Assembly: GCA_964478315.1 (NCBI GenBank)
Contig: CAYZID010000003.1
Coordinates: 1 to 60,323 of the forward strand
Direction: 5' to 3'
DNA: 60,323 nt
Source of the DNA: an uncultured Myxococcales bacterium
GTDB taxonomy: Bacteria > Myxococcota_A > UBA9042 > PHBI01 > JAAZYN01
Under the pieces are notes generated by a model that saw nothing but the letters and a program-made list of their open reading frames with translations, had not been told where the DNA came from and ran no database searches. The stretch's first letter is position 1; each line of letters starts with the position of its first letter. A program made the position numbers and the translations under genes. This document shows, one piece after another, positions 53,857-60,323 of this stretch.

Positions 53857-54831
53857 ATGCAGCGTACCCTCACGACCTCGCTGGCGCTCGCCGTGGCCCT
53901 CGTGGCCTTCGCGGGCTGCGCCAAGAACGACAAGGCCCAGACCGACAACCAAGGCAAGACCGTGGCCCCCGCGCCCGCTGCCAAGGCCGGTGACAAGAAG
54001 GCCGAAGCCAAGGCTGGCGACAAGAAGGCCGAAGCCAAGGCTGGCGACAAGAAGGCCGAAGCCAAGGCCGGCGACAAGAAGGCCGAAGCCAAGCCCGTGG
54101 CCGCCAAGCCTGCGGGCGACGCCAAGGACTGCCAGACCTTGATGGACAAGCTCTGCAAGGACCTGGGCGAGAAGACCAAGACCTGCTCCATGGTTCGCGC
54201 CAAGACCCCGCAGTTCCCCGCCCAGCGCTGCACCATGATGCTGGGGCAGTACGACAAGGTCCTGGCCGAGCTCAAGGCCATGGAGAAGGCCAACCAGCCC
54301 TTGGAGCCGGCGCTGGTGAAGAAGCAGTCCGAGGGCGACTTCCCGAGCTTCGGGCCCAAGGACGCCAAGGTCGTCATCGTCGAGTACTCGGACTTCCAGT
54401 GCCCTTACTGCTCCCGCGCCGCCAAGACCGTCGAGCAGCTCCGGAAGGACTACAAGGACAAGATCCGCTTCGTCTTCCACCAGTTCCCGCTGTCCTTCCA
54501 CAAGAACGCGTACAACGCCGCCACGGCCGCCTTGGAGGCCAAGGCCCAGGGCAAGTTCTGGGAGCTGCACGACCTGATGTTCGCCAACCAGCGCGCCTTG
54601 GAGCGCGCCAAGCTGGAGGAGTACGCCAAGCAGGTGGGCATGGACGTGGACAAGCTCAAGAAGGCCCTGGACGGCAAGACGTACGACGCGGAGATCCAGG
54701 CCGACATGGCGCTGGGCAAGGAGGTCGGCGTGCGCGGCACCCCGACGATGTTCATCAACGCCGAGCGCGTCCAGAACCCCAGCGACTACAACATGATCAA
54801 GAAGGAGATCGACGCGCAGCTCGCCAAGTAG
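53857..54831 (+). CDS. DsbA-family thiol:disulfide oxidoreductase lipoprotein
   Basis: ATG 53857; lipobox LVAFAGC. It has a 4x AGDKKAEAK tether and a 4-Cys helical segment. The thioredoxin fold carries the CPYC active site (VEYSDFQCPYCSRA) and the cis-Pro region GVRGTPTMFIN. Confidence 0.85.
   Translation: MQRTLTTSLALAVALVAFAGCAKNDKAQTDNQGKTVAPAPAAKAGDKKAEAKAGDKKAEAKAGDKKAEAKAGDKKAEAKPVAAKPAGDAKDCQTLMDKLCKDLGEKTKTCSMVRAKTPQFPAQRCTMMLGQYDKVLAELKAMEKANQPLEPALVKKQSEGDFPSFGPKDAKVVIVEYSDFQCPYCSRAAKTVEQLRKDYKDKIRFVFHQFPLSFHKNAYNAATAALEAKAQGKFWELHDLMFANQRALERAKLEEYAKQVGMDVDKLKKALDGKTYDAEIQADMALGKEVGVRGTPTMFINAERVQNPSDYNMIKKEIDAQLAK
53986..54093 (+). repeat. 4 x 27-bp tandem repeat encoding AGDKKAEAK
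   Basis: gccggtgacaagaaggccgaagccaag and three near-identical copies, starting at 53986, 54013, 54040 and 54067. Confidence 0.9.
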
Positions 54832-54881
54832 CCGCGTCGCCTCCTGCCGTCCCGGGGCTACCCCCCGGGCGGTCACGCGTT

Positions 54882-54950
54882 GAACGCCGGCGCGCCACAC
54901 CCCCCAGCCCTGCCCCGGCAGGGCCCGCGGGCACGGCGCCGCCGGCGTTC
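54882..54950 (+). terminator. nested GC-rich hairpin downstream of the DsbA-like gene (no U-tract)
   Basis: GAACGCCGGCG at 54882-54892 pairs with CGCCGGCGTTC at 54940-54950. An inner GCCCTGCC/GGCAGGGC stem lies between them. No U-tract follows, so terminator function is uncertain. Confidence 0.3.
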
Positions 54951-55004
54951 GTGCGTCGGGGGTCGGTGGTTGACGCGCCCCCGCCACCCGGCGAGGCTGG
55001 GTCC

Positions 55005-55313
55005 ATGAGCACGGCACGCGTCGAAGAGCGGGTCCCTCGATTGGGGCGCCTGCCCCTGGGGTGGCGGATCGTCCACTGGATCATCCTCGTCAACCTGGCG
55101 ATCCAGGTGGCCTATGGCGCCTGGATGGTCTTCGTCGTCATGCGACCCGAGGGGGTGGACGGGCCCCTGTACGCCGCGGCGCTCCAGCTCCCCCACGACT
55201 TCATGATGGTCCGCCGCGCCTACGCCGCCGAGACGTGGCAGGCCATCGTCGGGTTGTCCCTGTACGTGGGGCTCACCGAGATCCTCCCGCGCCGCCTGCG
55301 CCCAGGGCGCTGA
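55005..55313 (+). CDS. small two-TM membrane protein (hypothetical)
   Basis: 102 aa, MSTARVEERVPRLGRLPLGWRIVHWIILVNLAIQVAYGAWMVFVVM...WQAIVGLSLYVGLTEIL. This is the in-frame tail of track ORF 54399..55313. Confidence 0.5.
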   Translation: MSTARVEERVPRLGRLPLGWRIVHWIILVNLAIQVAYGAWMVFVVMRPEGVDGPLYAAALQLPHDFMMVRRAYAAETWQAIVGLSLYVGLTEILPRRLRPGR

Positions 55314-55327
55314 GGAGGACCAAGACG

Positions 55328-56065
55328 GTGACGCCCCCCGACCACGACGGTCGCCAGGCCCCCGCGCGCCCACTGCCGACGCTCCGGCCCCTGTCGCGCA
55401 CCCAGCTCGCCTGGTTCGACTTGCGCCACAGCTTGCCGGCCACCTGGGGCGCTCTGCGCCGGCACATGGGGCGCCTGGCCGCCGCGAGCCTCCTCCTCCG
55501 GGCGCTCTGGGCGGCGCGGCGCGATCCCCTGCGCGGCCTCCCCCGCGCGAGCCCCCCCTGGCCCAAGGAGGCCCTGGCTCGCCAGCAGCTCCGCGGCGCC
55601 TTCCTCCTGGACGACGCCCTGCGCGCCCGCGCTCCCCGCACGGAGCCCGCCGACCGCCTCGCCATCCTCCGCGACGTCATCGTCGCCGCCGGCGTGCGCT
55701 TTCTCCGCCACACCCTGCCCTTCGACGACCCCACCGCCTGGCGCGCCGCCTCCCAGGACGAGCGCGCCCGCTTCGTGCGTCAGGCCTTCGACCGCTTCCC
55801 CAACGCCCAGGCCCGCCTCGTCGCCACCGGCGCCGACCACGCCGCCTTCGACGTGACGGCGTGCCGCTTCGTGGACCTCTGCCGCGCCGCCGGCCGCGAC
55901 CACCTCGCGCCCCTGTTCTGCGCCGCGGACGCCGCCTACTTCGGCCGCGATGGCCGCCCGTCCCTGGAGCGCCCCCACACCCTGGCCCAAGGCGACCCCG
56001 TCTGCGCTTTCCGCCTCAGCCTCGCCTCGCGCCCTCCCCACACGTCCTCCCCGCCCGTGTCATGA
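55328..56065 (+). CDS. L-2-amino-thiazoline-4-carboxylic acid hydrolase-like (ATC_hydrolase family) protein
   Basis: C-terminal pattern is VTACRFVDLCRAAGRDHLAPLFCAADAAYFG...LAQGDPVCAFRL. The start is uncertain (GTG 55328 chosen). Its stop overlaps the kinase ATG. Confidence 0.5.
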   Translation: MTPPDHDGRQAPARPLPTLRPLSRTQLAWFDLRHSLPATWGALRRHMGRLAAASLLLRALWAARRDPLRGLPRASPPWPKEALARQQLRGAFLLDDALRARAPRTEPADRLAILRDVIVAAGVRFLRHTLPFDDPTAWRAASQDERARFVRQAFDRFPNAQARLVATGADHAAFDVTACRFVDLCRAAGRDHLAPLFCAADAAYFGRDGRPSLERPHTLAQGDPVCAFRLSLASRPPHTSSPPVS

Positions 56066-57510
56066 GCCGCGAGCCGCGAATCCCCGAGGCTTCGGAGGGG
56101 ACGCCGCGCCTGCGGTTGCCCCTGGCGGCGGCCTTGGTCGCGGCCCTCCTCCTGGGGAGCACGGCGGTGCTCACGGTCCAGACCGACGAGGCCCTGCGCA
56201 GCGTGCTGTTGGGCCGCGCCCTGGACCGGGCGACCGCCTTCACGGCCGCGGCCGGCGCCACGCCCTTGGGCGACGGTGTGCTCGCGCGCATGGCCGCCCG
56301 CATGGTCCAAGCGCCCGTGCGGTTCGCCTGCGTCTACCGCTCAGACGGTCAGCGCCTGTGCCCCACGCCACCGCCGGGCTACACGCCCGAGGCCGAGCGC
56401 GAGGCCGTGCGTGAGGCCGTGCGCCACGCCACGGCCCCGGGCGAAGCCCGCTACGAAGCGCGCGGCGGGGGCGGACTGTTCGGGCGCGAGGACTTCGCCC
56501 TGTGGCTGCCCTTCACCGTGGGCATGCCCGCCACGGCGCCCGTGTCACCCGGCCCCCAGATCGGCGGGACGCGCGTCCTCCTCGTCATCCTGGGCGCCGA
56601 CGCCGCCGGGTCCCTGGGCCGCCAGACGCTCGTGCACGCCGCCCTGGTGGGCCTCCTCGTCCTCGTCCTCCTCGCGCTCACCACCCGCTACGCCCGCGAG
56701 GTGCGTCGCGCCGCCGCCCTGGCTCGCCAGCGGGCGGCCGAGCGCCGCTTCGTGGCCCTGGGGCGCCTGAGCGGCGTCCTCGCCCATGAGATCCGCAACC
56801 CCCTGGGCGCCATCAAGGGCTTCGCCCAGTACACCGCCCGCCGCTTCCCCCCCGAGGACCCCGCCCACGACGACCTCGCGATGATCGTCAGCGAGTCCAC
56901 GCGCCTGGAGGGGCTCGTCCAGACCCTCCTCGACTACGCGCGCCCCAAGCCCCCCGCCCTCGCCCCGCTCGGGTTGCCCGGCCTCGCCCAGCTCGTCCAG
57001 CGCGCTGCCCGCCTCGTCGCCGAGGAGGCGAAGGCCGCGGGCGTCGACCTGCGCGTGGACGTGGACGGCGCCGCGGAGACGGCCCCGGCCCACGCCGCGC
57101 TCGCCGTGGACGCCGAGCAGCTCACCGGCGCTCTCCTCAATCTCCTGCGGAACGCGGTGGAGGCCGCCGCCGATCGGGGCGACGAGGCTCAGGCCGAGGG
57201 CGCGTCGGGCACCGTCTCGGTGACCATCACGGTGGACGCCCACGCCGCGCACGTCACGGTCCAGGACGACGGGCCCGGGGTGGATCCCGCCGTGCTCCCC
57301 GACATCTTCGAGGCCTACGTCACCGGGAAGGCCCGAGGGACGGGCCTGGGCCTGGCCGTCACGCGCCGCGTGGCCCAAGCTCACGGCGGCGACGTGACCG
57401 TGGTGTCCAGCCCGGGGGAGGGGGCCCGCTTCACCCTGTCGTTGCCCCTCGCTCCGACGGCGGAGCCCCACGATTCCAGCCCCGGCCCCAGCAAAGAGAC
57501 CGCCCCATGA
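56062..57510 (+). CDS. sensor histidine kinase (NtrB/AtoS-like partner of the downstream sigma-54 activator)
   Basis: ATG 56062. It has an N-terminal TM segment, a periplasmic region and a second TM segment. H-box is LSGVLAHEIRNPLGAIKGF, N-box LLNLLRNAVEA, G-boxes DDGPGV and GTGLGLAV. Confidence 0.85.
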   Translation: MSREPRIPEASEGTPRLRLPLAAALVAALLLGSTAVLTVQTDEALRSVLLGRALDRATAFTAAAGATPLGDGVLARMAARMVQAPVRFACVYRSDGQRLCPTPPPGYTPEAEREAVREAVRHATAPGEARYEARGGGGLFGREDFALWLPFTVGMPATAPVSPGPQIGGTRVLLVILGADAAGSLGRQTLVHAALVGLLVLVLLALTTRYAREVRRAAALARQRAAERRFVALGRLSGVLAHEIRNPLGAIKGFAQYTARRFPPEDPAHDDLAMIVSESTRLEGLVQTLLDYARPKPPALAPLGLPGLAQLVQRAARLVAEEAKAAGVDLRVDVDGAAETAPAHAALAVDAEQLTGALLNLLRNAVEAAADRGDEAQAEGASGTVSVTITVDAHAAHVTVQDDGPGVDPAVLPDIFEAYVTGKARGTGLGLAVTRRVAQAHGGDVTVVSSPGEGARFTLSLPLAPTAEPHDSSPGPSKETAP

Positions 57511-58874
57511 GCCTCCGCCCCCGCGCCCTCGTCGTGGACGACCAGCCCGCCTTCCGCCGCCTCGTGGCCCGGATCCTCTCCGACGACGGCTTCGCCGTAC
57601 GCGAGGCCGCCGATGGGCGCCAGGCCCTCGGGCTCGCCCTCGCCGAGCCCTTCGACCTCGTCGTGAGCGACGTCAAGATGCCCCGGCTGGACGGGCTCAC
57701 GCTCCTCGCCAAGCTCCGCGCCGAGCGCCCCGCCCTGCCCGTGGTCCTGGTGACCGCCTACGGCTCCATCTCGTCGGCCGTGGACGCCATGCGCGCCGGG
57801 GCCTTCGACTACCTGAGCAAGCCCCTGGGAGATCCCGAGGACCTGCGGGTCGTGGCGTCCCGCGCCGTGGCCCACCGGGACGCGCTCCTGTCCCAGGGGC
57901 CCTCGCCCCAAGACGGCGGCGACGGCGACACCCTGGTGTACCGCGATCCGGCCATGGAGCGGGTCATGACGCTCGTGGGGCGCGTGGCCCCCACGGACGC
58001 CACCGTGCTGCTCACGGGCGAGAGCGGCACGGGCAAGGAGCTGGTGGCTCGCCGCGTCCACACCCTGTCGCGGCGGGCCAGCGGCCCCTTCGTGCCCGTG
58101 AACTGCGCGGCCCTCAGCGAGACGCTCCTCGACAGCGAGCTCTTTGGGCACGAGCGCGGGGCCTTCACCGGGGCCGACCGCCGCCGTCAGGGGCGTTTCG
58201 AGGTCGCCGACGGGGGCACGCTGTTCCTGGACGAGGTGGGCGAGATGAGCGCGGGCCTCCAGGCCAAGCTCCTGCGCGTCCTCCAAGAGCGGACCTTCGA
58301 GCGCGTGGGCGGCGTGCAGCCCATCTCCGTGGACGTCCGCCTCGTGGCGGCCACCCACCGGGACCTGGAAGCCATGGTGGCCGCGGGCACGTTCCGCCAG
58401 GACCTCTACTTCCGCCTCGCCGTGGTCCCCATCCACCTGCCGCCGCTCCGCGAGCGGGGCGAGGATGTCCTGGTCCTGGCCCGCCACCTCCTGACCGTCC
58501 ACGCCGCCCGCCACCGCCCCGACTGCGCTCAGCCCCGCCTCACGCCCCACGCCGAGGCCGCCCTGGCCGCGCACGCCTGGCCTGGCAACGTCCGGGAGCT
58601 GTCCAACACCATCGAGCGCGCCGTCATCGTCTGCGACGGCGACTCCGTGACGCCGGGGGACTTGGGGCTGGGGGCCTCGGAGGGGGCGGGCGAGAGCGCA
58701 CACCCGGGCGACGGGAGCGCCGAGAGCTTGCCGCTCAACCTCAAGGAGCTGGAGCGCCGAGCGATCGCGCGGGCGTTGGCCGAGACGGAGGGGAACCGCC
58801 GCGAGGCGGCCGAGCTCCTGGGGATCGCGCTCCGGACGCTGCACTACAAGCTCAACGAGTACGGGCTTCGCTGA
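57507..58874 (+). CDS. sigma-54-dependent Fis-family response regulator (NtrC type)
   Basis: Receiver domain (VVDDQP...SDVKMPRLDG), AAA+ domain (GESGTGKELVAR, the GAFTGA loop, and LFLDEVGEM), and a Fis HTH (RREAAELLGIALRTLHYKL). Confidence 0.95.
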   Translation: MSLRPRALVVDDQPAFRRLVARILSDDGFAVREAADGRQALGLALAEPFDLVVSDVKMPRLDGLTLLAKLRAERPALPVVLVTAYGSISSAVDAMRAGAFDYLSKPLGDPEDLRVVASRAVAHRDALLSQGPSPQDGGDGDTLVYRDPAMERVMTLVGRVAPTDATVLLTGESGTGKELVARRVHTLSRRASGPFVPVNCAALSETLLDSELFGHERGAFTGADRRRQGRFEVADGGTLFLDEVGEMSAGLQAKLLRVLQERTFERVGGVQPISVDVRLVAATHRDLEAMVAAGTFRQDLYFRLAVVPIHLPPLRERGEDVLVLARHLLTVHAARHRPDCAQPRLTPHAEAALAAHAWPGNVRELSNTIERAVIVCDGDSVTPGDLGLGASEGAGESAHPGDGSAESLPLNLKELERRAIARALAETEGNRREAAELLGIALRTLHYKLNEYGLR

Positions 58875-59035
58875 AGGCTGGGGCGGGGCCCGGCGCTCGG
58901 GTCGGAAGGGGAGCTCGAGAGCCGGACGGGCCGTTGCGCCCCGGACCGGCGCGTGCGAGGGTCCGGCCACGCTCTCCGAACGAACCGCCGTGGGCCCCGG
59001 GCTCGTGGCACCCCCCCAAGCCCACGAGGCCTCCC

Positions 59036-59536
59036 ATGGCAGACGCGCTCATCGCAGACGGCAAGGTCGTCCAGTTCCACTACACCCTCACCGGCCCCGA
59101 CGGGCTGGTCCTCGACAGCTCCCAGGGCGGCGAGCCCCTCGCCTACCTCCACGGCGCCCAGAACATCGTCCCCGGGCTGGAGCGCCAGCTCACCGGGCAC
59201 GCCGTGGGCGACAAGGTGGACGCCGTCGTCTCCCCCGCCGAGGGCTACGGCGAGCGCGACCCAGAGGGGCTGCGGCTGGCCCCGCGCGACGCCTTCCCCG
59301 AGGACATGGACATCCAGCCCGGCATGAACTTTCTCCTCCAAGGGGACGATGGCTCCCAGGCGCCCGTTTGGGTCGTGGATGTGCGCCCCGAGGGCGTGGT
59401 GCTGGACACGAACCACCCCCTCGCCGGGGTGGAGCTGCACTTCGCCGTGGAGATCTCCTCCATCCGCGACGCCAGCGACGAGGAGCAGGCCCACGGGCAC
59501 CCGCACATGCCCGGGCATCACCACCACCACCACTGA
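59036..59536 (+). CDS. slyD: FKBP-type peptidyl-prolyl isomerase SlyD with His-rich tail
   Basis: MADALIADGKVVQFHYTL...YLHG..NIVPGLERQL.G, an IF-domain insert, DTNHPLAG..L.F.V.I, and the C-terminus HGHPHMPGHHHHHH. Confidence 0.9.
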   Translation: MADALIADGKVVQFHYTLTGPDGLVLDSSQGGEPLAYLHGAQNIVPGLERQLTGHAVGDKVDAVVSPAEGYGERDPEGLRLAPRDAFPEDMDIQPGMNFLLQGDDGSQAPVWVVDVRPEGVVLDTNHPLAGVELHFAVEISSIRDASDEEQAHGHPHMPGHHHHHH

Positions 59537-59667
59537 GAGGCCCCGGGTCTGACGAGGCGCCCACCCAACCCGCGCCACACCGCGGGGCGCGCGGTGCGTG
59601 GCCGGTGTGCTATGTTTCGGGGCGTCCGCGCTCCAGCGCGGGCGTGGTCCTGGCCGGGGAGGCCGCC

Positions 59668-60323
59668 GTGAGTGATCCCGACAGCCACTGGTTCGACGAC
59701 GACACGAGCGCCTTCGGCGCCTTCGACGACCTCCGCGCCCCACGCCCCGCGCGCTGGCCCATCCCGGTCCTCGTCCTCCTCCTCGTCGTGACCCTGGGCG
59801 TGGGCGTGGCCCTGGGCGCCTTCCGCAAGACCGGGACCCCGCCCGGACAGGCGGCGACGGGCGCACAGAGAGGGACGGCCGCGGCGACCAAGACGCGACC
59901 GCGGCGCAAGACGGCCTCGGAGATCCTCTCCGCCCACCTTGCGAGCCCCGCGGCCCAGCGCGTCACCGACGAAGCCCTGCGCGAGCTCCGTCCCTCTACC
60001 GTCCCACCCCCAGGCGCCACCGCCGAACCCACGACTCCCACGGACAGCGCACCCGGCGCCGTGCCCGACACGGCGCTGGCGCCCGACGCGGGGCACCCAG
60101 CCGCGCAACCCGGCGCAGACTCCGCCGAGCCCCCAACGCCCGCCGGAACCCCGGACACCATCGAGCTCGCCCCCGTGCGCGTCCCCTCCCCCGACGAGGT
60201 GGCCGCCGCGGACGCCGCCCAGGCCCAGGCGAAGGAGAGGGCGGAAGCCAAGGCCCAAGCCGCCACCAAGGCGAAGGAGAGGGCGGAAGCCAAGGCCCAA
60301 GCCGCCACCAAGGCGAAGGAGAG
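59668..60323 (+). CDS. partial (3'-truncated by window end) membrane-anchored Pro-rich / K-A-E-repeat protein (TolA-like architecture)
   Basis: Not in the ORF track because it has no stop within the window. GTG 59668 follows GGGGAGG. Translation is VSDPDSHWFDDD..., then a TM segment WPIPVLVLLLVVTLGVGVALGAF, a Pro/Thr/Ala-rich linker, and AKERAEAKAQAATK repeats. Third codon positions are almost all G/C. Confidence 0.55.
   Translation, partial: MSDPDSHWFDDDTSAFGAFDDLRAPRPARWPIPVLVLLLVVTLGVGVALGAFRKTGTPPGQAATGAQRGTAAATKTRPRRKTASEILSAHLASPAAQRVTDEALRELRPSTVPPPGATAEPTTPTDSAPGAVPDTALAPDAGHPAAQPGADSAEPPTPAGTPDTIELAPVRVPSPDEVAAADAAQAQAKERAEAKAQAATKAKERAEAKAQAATKAKE
60229..60323 (+). repeat. 42-bp tandem repeat (2.3 copies, cut by window end) encoding AKERAEAKAQAATK
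   Basis: gcgaaggagagggcggaagccaaggcccaagccgccaccaag occurs at 60229 and 60271, with a partial copy at 60313. Confidence 0.85.

Noticed and set aside
53041-54831. Single 596-aa ORF spanning the GAF-region antisense/alternate frame and the DsbA-like gene.
   Set aside because: Only the part from ATG 53857 (signal peptide, lipobox, CPYC fold) looks real. The upstream part is Arg/Pro/Gly-rich and overlaps the GAF gene (53102..53644) in another frame.
59006-59021. TGGCACCCCCCCAAGC upstream of slyD, just after the NtrC-type activator gene, as a sigma-54 promoter.
   Set aside because: The -24 element is good, but there is no TTGC. The nearest GC is one position out of register. A similarly weak TGGAAG-N5-GAGCA at 46333-46348 was also dismissed.
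59518-60311. Minus-strand ORFs 59518..60300 and 59610..60311 at the right edge.
   Set aside because: They are Gly/Arg- or Ala/Ser-rich and lack features. The + strand frame from GTG 59668 has a Shine-Dalgarno, a TM helix, G/C-dominated third positions and K/A/E repeats. It is open to the window end, which is why it is absent from the track.

Overview
This is a very GC-rich bacterial chromosomal window (roughly 70% G+C by eye), and its protein content looks myxobacterium- or deltaproteobacterium-like. It is centred on the replication-origin gene neighbourhood. rpmH-rnpA-yidD-yidC-jag lie on the + strand and diverge from dnaA-dnaN-recF on the - strand. recF runs straight into murA-proB and a CxxCxxCC cysteine-cluster gene; no gyrB is present.

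Left of this block are:
- secreted Cys-rich, TPR and other lipoproteins
- a penicillin-acylase-family lipoprotein
- a haloalkane-dehalogenase-like hydrolase
- a tandem AAA+ ATPase
- a compact rpoN-hpf-ptsH-ptsI block
- a DASS transporter, an EEP-family nuclease/phosphatase and a HAMP histidine kinase
- an orphan gcvPB and a parvulin PPIase

Right of it are:
- a yibQ-like gene plus envC-ftsX-ftsE
- an outer-membrane beta-barrel gene
- two eukaryote-type citrate synthase paralogues flanking an atypical histidine-kinase-like GHKL ATPase
- a GAF protein and a DsbA-like lipoprotein
- an NtrB/NtrC-type pair, slyD, and a partial TolA-like gene

I found no rRNA or tRNA gene, no CRISPR array, no transposase and no recognisable defence island. 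Most of the window is core housekeeping.

The least ordinary signals are non-coding:
- a candidate oriC in the dnaA-dnaN spacer, with six 11-bp-phased TCCCCARG units beside an AT-rich block
- a 164-bp MITE-like or structured-RNA-like palindrome with 17-bp perfect termini and TATCGC flanking repeats in the same spacer
- a 38-unit in-phase GCNNCC hexamer array boxed in by two convergent intrinsic terminators

Two coding signals also stand out: the citrate-synthase / GHKL / citrate-synthase cluster, and a MurA with Asp in place of the fosfomycin-target Cys.

Many long ORFs in the six-frame track are out-of-frame or antisense artefacts of the high G+C content. Several starts were trimmed by hand to Met/Val codons with signal peptides or Shine-Dalgarno sequences, so start coordinates are less certain than stops.
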